DNA of 62,958 bases, filler included, from Octopus bimaculoides (GCF_001194135.2; 3 parts of 3 records of this genome joined end to end with filler, not necessarily neighbours in it); one strand, 5' to 3'; numbered from the whole stretch's first letter, positions 1 through 13,230 are shown. Made by a program: numbers and translations. Notes: generated by a model from the sequence alone, not told the origin.

Positions 1-60
1 AAGAAGAAGAAGAAGAAGAAGAAGAAGAAGAAGAAGAAGAAGAAGAAGAAGAAGAAGAAG

Positions 61-92
<32 letters not shown>

Positions 93-118
93 GAAGAAGA
101 AGAAGAAGACGAAGAAGA
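1..118. repeat. (AAG)n microsatellite
   Basis: About 39 near-perfect AAG units running off the window start; abuts the LINE fragment. Confidence 0.98.
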
Positions 119-120
119 AA

Positions 121-1217
121 CAACAAACGCTATAAAACAAATGAAATCCAAACTAAAACTAGAACAGCAACGGACCATGATAAAACGATGGCAAGAAAAG
201 CCCCTACATGGTAAGTACTGGGCTAAGAAAATCCAAAAGAAATAGGCAGAGAAAAATCCCAGCAATGGTTGAGAAGCTCAGGAATCAACGCAGAGACAGG
301 GATTTTTAATTGCTGCACAAGACTAAAGCTTCCCCACCAGAAATTACCAAGAACATAGAATGAAATGAAACATTAAAGTAATTGCAGAATATGTGGAGAT
401 GGACAAGAAACAATAAATCATATTATCTCTGGCTGCCCAGTCCTGGCTAAGAAGGAATATATTCACAGACACGACAGAGCTGGGACCTATATACACTGGA
501 ACCTATGCCAACACTATGGAATAACAACAGAAAAAAGATGGTATAAACACACGCCAGAAAAGGTCACAGAAAACGAGAAAGCAACCATACTCTGGGATAT
601 GCCAATACACACAGATAGAGAAATTAAGGCCAATAGACCAGATATAGTTGTCAAAGATCATGAAGGAAAAAATACTTTCTAATTGATGTATCAATACCAG
701 CAGATGACAAAGTTTCCCTAAAAGAAATGGAGAGAAACTTTCAAAATACAAAGACCTGGAAATAGAGATAACTCGAATGTGGAATCTAAAAACAGAANNN
801 NNNNNNNNNNNNNNNNNNNNNNNNNNNNNNNNNNNNNNNNNNNNNNNNNNNNNNNNNNNNNNNNNNNNNNNNNNNNNNNNNNNNNNNNNNNNNNNNNNNN
901 NNNNNNNNNNNNNNNNNNNNNNNNNNNNNNNNNNNNNNNNNNNNNNNNNNNNNNNNNNNNNNNNNNNNNNNNNNNNNNNNAATTCCTATCATAGTAGGTG
1001 CCTTAGGTATAAAAAAAAAATTCAGACAAAAAAAAATCATAAAAACATCAGGACTTTCAGAAAATTGCACTACTGGGCACTGCACACATCCTACGCAAAA
1101 CACTTTCAATTCAGTAACCATGAGAGCATCACAGCAAACCACAGCATACACCCAAGGCACAGAGAGCTGCGCTCGGTAGTGAAGCGAAAGCATGTTATAA
1201 AAATAAAACTACTGAAC
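121..1217 (+). mobile_element. 3' part of an RLE-type (R4/Dong-like) non-LTR retrotransposon, frameshifted
   Basis: Manual translation across frameshifts gives WQEKPLHGKYW...CRICGDGQETINHIISGCPVLAKKEYIHRHD (CCHC knuckle from 383)...ILWDMPIHTDREIKANRPDIVVKD..LIDVSIP (PD..D restriction-like endonuclease)...KYKDLEIEITRMWNLKTE, and after the gap a KIALLGTAHILRKTLSIQ* C-terminus, 3'UTR and (AAT)n tail. Confidence 0.9.

Positions 1218-1256
<39 letters not shown>
1218..1256 (+). repeat. (AAT)13 tail/target of the RLE LINE
   Basis: Perfect AAT run directly after the LINE 3'UTR. Confidence 0.9.
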
Positions 1257-1257
<1 letters not shown>

Positions 1258-1340
1258 TATCCAATGGGTTCCAAAACAATGCAGAATATTACAAGGTGAT
1301 CCTTAAACCATATTTGTATGTTCTACCGATATCATAACAA

Positions 1341-1560
1341 TATAGTACGAAATTAAGGAGACTACTTGCTTTAATAATCACGTGAGTAGAAGTAACAGAC
1401 AGACTAGTGAACCTATAAAACTTTAGCTTAAAGCTACTTTAATGAAGTTAACTTAGTTTTAAAGAATAAAAACCATCATAAATATATGATAATAGAAATA
1501 GAAAGCTGATCCCAATATACAATTTGAACAAATTCACTGCAAAGTAAGTTACTAAAATAT
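1341..1560 (+). repeat. ~200-220 bp AT-rich unit, copy 1 (second copy 2622-2820)
   Basis: TATAGTACGA..AAGGAGACTACTTGC..GACAGACTAGTGAACCTATAAA..GAAAGCTGATC..GCAAAGTAAGTTACTAAA present in both copies with scattered substitutions and one indel. Confidence 0.9.
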
Positions 1561-2522
1561 TTATTATTGGTGCTACTTACTTGTATTGATCTGACGAGTT
1601 CTAAGTATCATTCATTCTAATTACTATTTGTTATTTAATCGCCATGTCTTTTCAGTAAACATGGAACTATATACGTTCCCACATACAACTAGCAAAAATT
1701 GTTCATAATCACGCTATTTCCACTAAGTTTCTGCAATTTAAAAAATATATTTTGAAGATGGACACCGATTTTTAGAAAACGTATTATCAGCTAAACTCAT
1801 CATCCATGTCTTTTTTTGTTTTATTTTAGTTTCTCTATTGTGTTACAGTCCATTCCCATTTCTTTCATCACTGATGTAAAGAAAACAATATATTGTTATT
1901 TAACCATCAATCACAATCGCTTAATAAATTTCCTTGTTATGAAGAAGGGAAATCGAATAAATAAAACAATATAATATACTAGGAATAGGACGTTCGATTG
2001 ATGCGATATTCATCTTCCGTTGCTTTCTCGTTTATTATAGTACAAGGGGGAATTATTGAATAAATAAGAGAATTTGTATTGTCTTTGTTTACTTATGAGA
2101 TAAGAAAAATTACTCATCTCTCTAACCTTTCCTCTTATGTAGTATTCATCATTACGTCTTATTTTTCAACTATTTTTTTCACTTGGCAGAAGTTAGATAT
2201 ACAAATAATTGCTTCTTAACCAAAATCATACACGATTGCTTTATTGTATATTTCATTGGAAAGTAATTATTTTTCAATATACATTTCGTTTCGTGAGGAA
2301 CGAATTCGTGGAATTCATATAAGATTCAGGTCACTCTAATGATACATCAGCGTTTCATGCCCACTATGGGAATATTTCATTTACAACAGTTTATATCGAG
2401 AATTACCAAAGTGAAATTCTATATCGTTTTTATACCATACACTTTTTAAACATTGTTCATTATTACTCATAACGTTTGCATATCATCCACCAAGGGTACA
2501 TTGAATTTCCGCCTCATTCTTT

Positions 2523-2945
2523 TTTACTCTAGGCACAAGGCATGACTTTTTTGGGGAATGGGGCCAGTCGATGAGATCGACTCCAGTACGCAACTGGTAT
2601 TTAATTAAGTACAATTAATTGTATAGTACGACTTTAAGGAGACTACTTGCATTAATAATCACGAGTAGATTAACAGACAGACTAGTGAACCTATAAATAT
2701 TTAGCTTAACGTTACTTTAAAGAATAAAAATCATCATATATATATATGATAATAGAAATAGAAAGCTGATCACAATATACAATTTGAACAAATCTACTGC
2801 AAAGTAAGTTACTAAATATATCGAGCCTGAAAGGATTAAAGGCATAGTCGACCTCAGCGGAATTTGAACTCAGAACTTCAAAACGTAACGGCAGACGAAC
2901 TATCGCTAAGCATTTCGCCCGACGTGCTAACGATTTTGCCAGCTT
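2523..2945 (-). mobile_element. tRNA-derived SINE family A (Meta-like core), interrupted by the ~200-bp unit
   Basis: Tail half 2523-2606 (..CTGGTATTTAATT) resumes at ~2819 (TATCGAGCCTGAAAGG..) through B-box GAATTTGAACTC and head to ~2945. Confidence 0.85.
2622..2820 (+). repeat. ~200 bp unit, copy 2, inserted within a SINE
   Basis: Homologous to 1341-1560 and splits an otherwise colinear SINE. Confidence 0.85.
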
Positions 2946-3113
2946 AGCGGCATTTCGTCTGTCTTGCCGTTCTGATTTCAAATTCTGCCGACGTCATCTT
3001 TGCCTTTCATCCTTTCAGGATTTTAAAATAAGAACCAGTTCAACACAATGGTCGATGTAATCGACTGCCACGCTCCCTCAAATTTCAGTGCTTGTGCCTA
3101 TAGTGGAAAGAGT
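2942..3113 (+). mobile_element. 5'-truncated SINE family A (tail B), inverted relative to its neighbour
   Basis: GCTTAGCGGCATTTCGTCTG..TTCAAATTC..GCCTTTCATCCTTTCAGG..GGTCGATGTAATCGAC..GTGCCTATAGTGGAAAGA. Confidence 0.85.
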
Positions 3114-3428
3114 TATTATTAATATTATTAGAGTTGACAAATGTAGAAGTGGATTCTCTCTGATTATTTAAAGAATTCGGGCAAAATAACTGGCGATGCG
3201 TGAAAGTTATAACGCTTAAATTTATAGTGTTGCTCCTGAAAGCTTTGCTTTGGCCGAACCCTAAGAGCTCAAAAAACAAACAAAAACACACATAGACACA
3301 AAAAAAAAATGTAAGTCCAAATTTTTGAAGCTGCTTTTTAATAATTCCATTCGTATCCTGCTGACGTCAACACAGCCTTCAAATTCGTCTGTGTTGTTCT
3401 TGCTTCGCATATGAAGCAAATTAATTTC

Positions 3429-3431
<3 letters not shown>

Positions 3432-3466
<35 letters not shown>

Positions 3467-3520
3467 CACACAATACACACACACACACACACGCACACAC
3501 AGACACACACACGCACACAT
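3432..3520. repeat. (CA)n microsatellite
   Basis: Interrupted CA run. Confidence 0.95.
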
Positions 3521-6500
3521 ATATATATGTATATCTATAAACACTTAAGTATACATATATTTATGTGCATGTATGTGTGTCTACATGTTTGTCGTCTACG
3601 AAGGATAGTTAGATGAGAGAAATACTGTCTTTCATACGTTGAGCTACACAGGAATATGGGAATAAGACAGGTCTACAGATGGACAGAAATACTTTAATCA
3701 GAAAGGGAAGATATATCCCTTGCAAATTTAGACTCTAAGTTAAGTACTAATGTACTTCTTTTACATCACACAAATTGTAGATGTCTATAGATCGTGTCAC
3801 TGAAATTCTAATTGGTATATCGATGCTTATAGTCTAATTCTAAGAAGTCTAAAGTTGAAAACAGGAAGATTTCTATCTTTTATCTCTGGTAACGGCTTTA
3901 ATTTACACTGTAAAATAATAAATATTTTAAACTTCATAACGAACACTATGCTGTTCTACATGACAGAAAATGTGAAATTTAATACTCTCCATTCATATAG
4001 TCTGGTATTTGGAATGGATGAATGTTTTAACAAAATTGAATCTTTCTCGATTGCATTTATAGGCAATATTGAGGTTAGGTTGAAAGCTAAGATTCAGAGT
4101 AGAATATTAATTAAAAATGGATTATCAATATATGTTTTGAGTGGTTCAATAATTTCGTAGTATATTGCTTTCAGACGCAAGGTAGCCTAAGTTAATTAGT
4201 TTTTGAGAATATATTCAAATTGAAGACATCTTGAACTTATGTGAGAAACCTATGGAAAATAAAATTGATTTGCCACATCCTAAATAGTGAATTTGCAACT
4301 GAATATTGTGGACCATTGTAACAGATGCAATATTTCCATACTTTGACGTGAGTAGAGTGCATATAAAAATTAGTATATTTAAAAATAAAAAAATTCCGTT
4401 ACCATCATTTACTGTGCAACGAGTGAAACTAAACATGCTGCAAAGATTTGAAGCTATTTGAAATTTATTCGTTATGAAAAGACTAAATAGGTTATGTAAA
4501 TAACAGTAAAAATACTTTTATATTTACTTATATTTTTATTCCAGTTGACTTAATGTACGAAAGTACGCAATGAATTGTGGTGAAATATTTATAATTAAGA
4601 ACATTTTAGATTATTAAAATAATATATAATGGAAAAAAGTAACACATTTGAGCCACATCTGTATAAAAACATATAATTAATTGTTTAGTGACCAGAAATA
4701 CATGACATATATGATTTGATTTTTTTTGTTTTCTTTTTGTTTTATACCCAAGGTATTGACAACATTATATGACAGCAGACAGTATAATGCTCTATTGAAT
4801 ATGATGCTTTACTTCTAATTCACTTAGATTTATGTTAAGACTTTGATGGATATTCAAAGGCGACCAGCTGGAATAATAGTTACCGTGCAGGAAACAAAAT
4901 GCTGAAACGCATTTCATCCGGCGATTCAGTTTTCCATGAATATTTATTTTATGACGTAGAGACTATTTGAACTATACTGTTAAACATAAACTGTCCTTCT
5001 GGTATGTCTCCTACATCATCTTCATAAATATCGTCAATGTTTCTGATAATTAAATAAAATTGTCAGCGCAGCTGCTCAGCCTCCTGGACATATCTCTCAT
5101 CATAGTATCTTTAAATAAAGGAAGGGCAATATAATAACGGGATTCTAGATACGATATTATGAAGACAGACGAGAAGTTGAAATGTCATGTGTCATAGGTG
5201 TGTTGTTCAGAGACGATCTGAAATATAAAACAAACTGACAGAAAAATCATAATGATATGTAGTTTATACTTCAAGACAAATTGCATCTAATGGAAGCTAG
5301 ACGTTACAAAGTTATGTAAACATGACTGTAATAAATGTTTTTGCTACTTTCTTCATGTTCAGAATAATTCTAAATATACCACGTTAAAAGTTAAGTGGAG
5401 GTATGAGTAAGAGTAATCTACATGTAAATATTTGAAAATTAAAAGTAACTGACGCATCACAAAATTCAAATTATCATAATTTGTTTTCCACAACGAGAGA
5501 TGCATCTAATTATTCCTTTTATCTACTATACTTAATGAGGGGAAATCACACTGTGGAAGACAGTAAACTGATAGTAAATAAAACAATAATTTTATATAGA
5601 AATGTTCGAAAGGTCGTTACAACGTCGAATAATTGATTTACGGTATTTAGATGCATTGACTTTGCATTTTATCAATCCGAATTCGATGAACTAATGCTAC
5701 TTTATGACGGTTACAAGCGATGATATGGAGGCAGTGGAAGGATTGTAGAACCGTTAGAGCACCGGGAGAAATTGTTTGCGAAATTTGTTCCAGCAATTTT
5801 CATCGTTGTACTATGAATCTCTTCTAGGTCGATAACCCTAAAGAATGGATTGGTGAAATTATTAAATGTTGGCCAAAATATTTTGCGTATTTGTTCAAAA
5901 ATTTCCAATTTTCAGCACGCCCGCATCGGCACTTGTACGAAATTAAAATGGAACTTGCCTTTCCTGTGGTAAACGACTTAGGTACAAAATGAAGTGATTT
6001 GCTGATGGTAGGGATTTGCTGTGCACGCTGAAAATAACCTTGTCCCCGCTTGTGTTTTGTCTACTGGACACGAATATATTTTGCAATAAATGTAATCTCT
6101 GAAAAGAGCAATTACAGTTTATGGTTATTCTCATGTAGCTTCAACGCAACTATATAATTGATTGTTCATGTAAAAGTATTGCCTTCATATCCAGAAGATA
6201 CTAAATGTGAGAATTCACAATGTTTTACTGCTGATTATAGGCGTTTTGAAACTATGTAGGATAATATAATACGATATTATGTATAGTTGCACGTACATAA
6301 ATTTTATAGTGATACACACTGTGTCCGTGCTTAATGGTGCAAAAGTCAATATATTTATATACTACACTTAAATAAGTTTGTTTGCTCATTACAAGCAAAC
6401 TGTCCTTTTAGATTAAGTTCGCTACGTATAACTTTTATCAAAATACCCTGCACTGGCTTTAACATGATTCCCACACATGATATGACCTTCAATTACATTT

Positions 6501-7264
6501 AGCATATTCTATTGTTGTGTAATCAGATACTAAATCAGAATTCATATTTATGGCATATATCGATGTGAACTCCTGTCTTAATATATCTTCTTTACTCATT
6601 GTTTCTTTTAAATTAAGTGTACATCTCATAAATCCCATGATGAGTCTCTTACAAAACCGAAGCCATGATGTCCTACATTTTGTATACAACATCGTTGAGT
6701 TCAGGAAATTCAGAAAATTATATATTTCATGATACTAAAACGAAAATTCAAAGGTACATCAAATTACTCACAATGTTACTAAACGGGAATTCAAATTGCA
6801 TCTGTATTCTCTTGAAGCAGGAAAATGCTCTTCTTGAAACTAGAGCAGTATCTGCTATTTAAAATGTGTAAACATGCGTGGAATTTATTATTAACATCTA
6901 GTCGAATTAACCATAATAAAAAGTATGATTTTTATTAAACATAATTGTTAGAAAACAGTTTGATTATGAGACAAATATTTGATGAAAATACAACAGAAGA
7001 GTCATATTAGTATATAAATACGTTTCAGATTTGAGATTGAAATGAAAGCAAATATCATAGAAAATTATTCTGTAGTTTCTACTGTAATTAATTTAATGTG
7101 AAACGAAAAGGAAACAATTTCGTCTTATTCTTGGTTTTCCAACACAAAAAGGAGAAAATAAAATGAAAAATTACATGGTTTGGAAAAATTTTCCATAGAT
7201 CAGTAGCTAGGTAGATAAATCTATGTGTTTTTCATTTAGTTTAACCCGTGCGGAGGGACATATG

Positions 7265-7267
<3 letters not shown>

Positions 7268-7326
<59 letters not shown>
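7268..7326. repeat. (TA)n microsatellite
   Basis: Perfect TA run. Confidence 0.97.
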
Positions 7327-7330
<4 letters not shown>

Positions 7331-8929
7331 CTGTCATGGATAGAGTATAAACTGTGAAAATACTAGGCCTTTGTCTTTATGTAGTGACTGTTTGGAGGAC
7401 AAGAATGAGTTTAGTCAAATGAAGATGAACATGTAAAACAAATGTAAAGAAGCGAGTTAGATGAAGTAATGCAATAAGTGGAATACATGGTAGAAATAAA
7501 CAGCTAGGTGGTAAATAGAGAAATTGGTATCTTATAGAGGAGTAGAAAAAAAGCGACTACTGACAGTTAATTTGTTTGCATGCTCTTGAGATGTAAATAT
7601 TTCACTCAGATTTCGAAAAAACGAAAAACGATACAAGAATTTAATATGCTAGGCTTTTTAATCTATGATGGGTAAAAGGTTTGTTACTAGGATGGAAAGT
7701 ATTTATTCGTACACGATAGAGACTAATTGTCTGCGTAGAATCTGCAAAATTCTATGTATGAATGTAATTTTACAGGGACATATATACATTATAGAAGTTC
7801 AGCCGTGATGTAAGCTTGGCGCTTGAGATTATGTGTATTCTACGGTGTACACATTTTTATACACTGTACATTTGTAGACCTGATAACACTACGGTAAATA
7901 ATTTAATTTCAGATGAGCTATTAACGTTCTTTTCTGACTAAATATATTCAGTTTTCTATTTTAAAGGAATGTGGAAACTGATTCAGAGTTCTTATACAAT
8001 CTCATATTAATACGCGTGTGAACACAAGATGAGTCATCTTTAGAGAATACAACAGAACAGTATCAGTTTATCCAAATTTTTACAATTTCAGAATATATAA
8101 GTTGAGAAAATTGGTAACTACCACAGCGCATTTTGTTTAGATTCTCTCAAATCTTGCATAGGTATTGAAGGCATGACATTCCTGAAACTGAATTTCTAAT
8201 TCTGGTAACTCACTTTTGTATAACATACTTAAAAGTACATCAATTTCTATAAATCAATTTAAGCTATGCCCTCACGAAGAAAATTGTGTTTTAACAAAAA
8301 GAGAATGCACGCAGTAGAAGCAGTTACTCTAAGCCCTACGGCAAAACAATTGGTTGGGTTTAATAAGGATTTAAGATTTTGGCTGTTTTGGAAAAGTGCA
8401 TGGTTGCATGTTCTGCTGCGTTATGTTTGTTACTTTAAGCAATACAATTTTGAAGAGGGTTTTCGCAAGATGATGTAGATAACAATAAGAAAAGTGAAAT
8501 TTGAACTTGCAGGTTTGTATGCATGTATATAAGAACATGATGCTCTATATGCGTGTAGGTGCGCACGCAGTGTATTGATTAATGCATGACCAATTGCACA
8601 AGAGTTATTCATAATTTGAAATGTAAGCAATGTATTTGGATAATCATATACTTTAGCGAGAGAATCAGGAATATGCTAATAGCATAGACTAATTTTATCT
8701 GTGGAGAAGAATTATAGATGTTTCAGAGTTTATGGTTTTTCCCCAAGGATAGACATATGATATGTCCCCCATCATTCCCATTTATATAAAAATATATCAT
8801 ATAACAAATCATGTAGGTATATATGGATATGAATATATCTATATATGTATATCTATGCATGAGTTGTCTGTATGTATACGTATATAAGTGTGTATATATG
8901 CCTATATATATGTTTTATTTATATTATTA

Positions 8930-9026
8930 TATGAGTGAACGCCACGCATCCATTTCCAAGTAAGTTAATCTTAATTATTTTGATGCGACTCTCCACTGTA
9001 CTGTACTCTCTCTCTCTCTCTCTCTG

Positions 9027-9059
<33 letters not shown>

Positions 9060-9600
9060 GTCTCTATCTCTCTCTCTCTGTCTCTATCTCTCTGTCTCCC
9101 TCTGTTTCTGTCTCTGTCTGTCTCTCTCTCTCCTTCTTCCAACTTTATTCTCTCATTACTTACACGTAACAATCGACTAACTTTCTTTCCACACGTGTTC
9201 ATCTTTCTTTTCTTCCGGTTTGTTGCATAAACTAGACGTATAGTGTCTGTCTCCTCACCCGTCATGGTATGTTCCTCAGCGCTTGTCACCTTACCTCGTC
9301 TCGCTTAACAGCCCTCACTGTTTGTTTCACGGTCCTGTCTTTGTTATCAACTTTGACCCTCTGCAAAATCCCATATTTTATTTTGGTTTGAGGGAGCAAA
9401 TTTTTGTCGAAAACACATATCGTCGTGAATTGCTCGAAATGTGAAGAAGATAAACAGCCGACAACTGACGAAGGGTCGTTCTTTATGTTACTTGTTTTCT
9501 TTTCCATTTGTTTCTCTCGTTGTTTGAAAACGATGCTTGTTTTCGTATTTCATGTTGTTTACATTTCATGACGTCCTGTACCGATATATGCAGATATATG
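8930..9600. mobile_element. Unclassified interspersed repeat family D, copy 1 (with internal (CT)/(CTGT)n)
   Basis: Shares CACGCATCCATTTCCAAGTA..GATGCGACTCT and GCTCGAAATG..ACAGCCGACAACTGA(C/T)GAAGG..TTTGTTTCTCTCGTTGTTTG blocks with 11543-12120 and 12195-12577. Confidence 0.7.
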
Positions 9601-9839
9601 TTAGTATGTATATATATGTGTGTATATATGTCTATATATATANNNNNNNNNNNNNNNNNNNNNNNNNNNNNNNNNNNNNNNNNNNNNNNNNNNNNNNNNN
9701 NNNNNNNNNNNNNNNNNNATATATATGTGTTACAACTACTTTTCATGGAAAATTTCTTCTCTGATTCTGGTACTCATGCCTTTAGAGAAGATATGTATAG
9801 TTTCATTAAACTGTCAATATTCCTCCAAAGGTCAATACT

Positions 9840-9950
9840 GTTTGAAACCTGTTTCTACTGCCTTTGTAAAATCCAGTATAGCATATTTCTTCTCTTCCTT
9901 ATCGATTGTCACCTTGTGAAACATAACATTCAGCATGCCATTATTGAAAT
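9840..9950 (-). pseudogene. Possible highly decayed non-LTR reverse transcriptase fragment
   Basis: Minus frame TIDKEEKKYAILDFTKAVET resembles the RT motif xLDxxKAFDxV; stops follow. Short match only. Confidence 0.3.
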
Positions 9951-11009
9951 ATGCTACACAACAAAATATGCAGCTTATCAATTGGTTTCTAAATATCACT
10001 ATTCACTATTTTTTTGTGTGTTTTTGTGAATTTTATATATGATTTCCCACGATACAAACAATGCCCATTATTTCACTTCAGTGAACATTTATAGATCATC
10101 CAGAGTAATTCCCAATAATGAAAACTTGCAATTTTCTCATAGGCACTAACGATTAGACGTTCTCCCTTATAAAGTCGATTTGTTCTATCCCCGCTATAAA
10201 ATGGAATGAACATTCCACGTCAATAACTCGACAATAAGGAAGACGTTTATCCTTTTCTTGAATATTTCCTGAAGCATTAATCAGGAATTAAGCATGTGAC
10301 GTTCAAGAATTACTATAATTTACACTACATTGGTAATTGCTAATATCCTCAAACCAAATGCATCACAGAATTTTCTGAAGTACTTCTCTTGTAAAGCGAC
10401 GTTACACTCAAAAGCAATTACGTATAAAAGTACGTTCTGATCTATTTGTAACTCTCTTTATCTTACTTACAACGCTAAGCAAATCATAAGAAAACTTTTA
10501 AAGAAATATAGTTCGCTATGTGCAATTTCGGATACTAAATATAAATTGTGTATAAAATAGTAAAAATCTATTTATATTATGTTACCCTTTTTGTATATTA
10601 TCAAACTTTCAATGAACATGAATGCATGTCAAATTCTTGCAATCGAAGTAAGTAATATGCAAGCATATGAGTGCGAAATGTTGGTTATATAGATTCCACT
10701 ATATCGATGGTTTGATGGTAAAAGAACTACTTCATTCATGATTAAAATTAGTATCTTCAACCATATAGTTAAAAATATAGATGTTGGAATCTTATCCCGA
10801 TTAGAAACTAACTCAGCGATGAAGAATATGAAAGGCACCTAATACTAATTGGCATGTCGTTTTCCTCAAAGGTTTGCATATTTCATGTTTGCCTAACTGA
10901 AAACTTCTCGATTTTTGAATCAGACATTCGCACATTTTAAACGTAGATAGGAATACTTATACACGTATAGAGACACATCTAAGAACGCGTACACTTACAT
11001 ACAGCACGT

Positions 11010-11062
<53 letters not shown>

Positions 11063-11542
11063 CATATGTATATGGATATATATCTAGATATTTATTCTTG
11101 AATATACATGCATGTATATATATATATATAATATGAATGAGAAGCAGCCTGAGGATATAAACAATGTCGGACACACATGCACGCAGTATGTGTAATCCCA
11201 GCTCGTGGGTTGGTGGCGATTTGTAGGCGTAAGAGAATATCTTCTCGTCAATACGCCTGGTGTGAATACCACATACTTGAATGGATCTCAGACCCAAGGT
11301 AAATCGCTGTCTATGACATATGCAAATCAGTATGAGAACAATGTGAGGAATGTCTCAAAGTTACATCCCTTGTGCTGTTTCTCACTGATATTTGAATTTT
11401 TTCCGTGATATGAAATGTTGGGACATACAAGCATTTGGTTCTTACACCGTTGTACATAAAATTATATAGAGAAATTTAGCTTGCTTCTGGCCTACTTTCT
11501 GGTGCGTGGTATTAATAAATCACAAAGATTAGAGAAACATTA

Positions 11543-12120
11543 ATGCCCTCCTCATTTTCCCTAATTCCCGTCTTCTACCTTTCACCGTTTTTCTATCTGT
11601 CTCCCCTCTTTCTGTTTTTCTCTGTCTCGTTGCTCACACGTGGCCATCGCCTATGTTTCTTTTCCTCACGTGATCATCTTTCTTTTCCTCACGTGATCAT
11701 CTTTCTTTTCCTTCAGAACTGTCCCAAGGATTGTGCGTAATCTATTTCTGTCTTCTGTCTTTTCTCTTTTCAAAGAAAATATTTCTCCAGCGTTCGCTAT
11801 TTTACCCACTTTCTTTTATAACGACCCTCCATGGTTGTGTCCGTTTCTTTTCCTTTTATGTCTCCATTGTCCTGTTTATTTCTTTGACACTCTATGAATC
11901 TAAAATTTTATTTTTATACTTATGGGCGCAACCCTCTTTGAAGAATCATATTGTCGTTCACTGCTCGAAATGAAGAGTCGATAGACAGCCGACAACTGAT
12001 GAAGGATCATTCTTAGTGTTATATGTCTTTTTTACGTTTGTTTCTCTCGTTGTTTGCCTATTGGACTCATTTGTTTTCGTATTTCATGCTGTTTACTGTT
12101 GGTGACATCCTGTACCCATA
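11543..12120. mobile_element. Repeat family D, copy 2
   Basis: Pyrimidine-rich body and CATATTGTCGTTCACTGCTCGAAATG..CCGACAACTGATGAAGG block shared with the other copies; internal 23-bp tandem duplication at ~11660-11705. Confidence 0.7.
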
Positions 12121-12194
12121 TATTCACACACACACACGCACACATACACACACACACACATACACAAATATATATATTATCTATATTGTTGTTT

Positions 12195-12577
12195 GATTGA
12201 GCATCACGCATCCATTTCCAAGTACGTTTATCTTAATCATTTTGATGCGACTCTACTCTATACTCTTATCTACCCCTATTCTTTCCTCTAATTCCCTTCT
12301 CCCTTCACCGTTTGCTATCTGTATCTCCGGTTTCTTTCCTTTTTCCCTGCCTCGTTTCTCACACGTGACCATCGTCCATGCTTCTTTACCTGATTATCTT
12401 TCTTTTCCCTTCAGGACTCTCCTGAGGATCTGGACGCATTCAATCTCTCTCGTCTCTCTTTTATCTTTTCGAAAAAATATTTCTCCATCGTTCGCTAATT
12501 TACTCTCGTTCTATCATATTGTCGTTCAATGCTAGAAATGTGGAGTAGATAGACAGCTGACAACTGATGAAGGGTCG
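12195..12577. mobile_element. Repeat family D, copy 3
   Basis: Same 5' block as 8930 and same 3' block as 9420-9480 and 11945-12010. Confidence 0.7.
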
Positions 12578-13175
12578 ATAGGAACACCGGCCCTCAAAAA
12601 GAATTGAACTTTGAAAAAAAGAAAAGATTCATTCGAACGAGCAACCAACATGTAACCATGATATTGGTGCGATAAATTGCATTTGCGGAATACATTTTCA
12701 ATATAGTGAAACTACTAGAAAATAGTAATCTAGTATTACATAGAAGGCATGAAATATCTTATGGGCACAAAAAAAAAAGTATGTATAGCGCAGTTTGGCA
12801 TGCAACGGGATATAATTTCAATGATTGAGAATGTGTAAGCTTTCAACCGTATTTTATATTCCGTTTATGTGGACTCGGGGCAAATCAGCTAGCTGGATGA
12901 TTGCCTCACAAACACATACCTATAAATTGGTGCTATGGCGCTTACTTTGATCCATTCATGATATCGGGAGCAACGTTGCTCTTGGTTATAATTACAGTAT
13001 AATGAGATTGGTGAGTGTCAGATTGGCAAGTATTGATACATCATCAAATGTAATCTAAATAATGTTAACATGATATTAAGAAGACTAGAGCCGCCGTAAA
13101 TGCAGTAACAATTTGCCAGGGTAAAAGTCAAGCATGTGTAAGGAGAAAATAGACGGCTTATTAAAAACTGCCGTA

Positions 13176-13230
13176 ACAAACCAGCAATCACACAAACCAG
13201 CAATCAAACAAACCAGCAATCAAACAAACC
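13176..13230. repeat. 16-bp minisatellite ACAAACCAGCAATCA(A/C) x~3.5
   Basis: Read directly. Confidence 0.9.
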
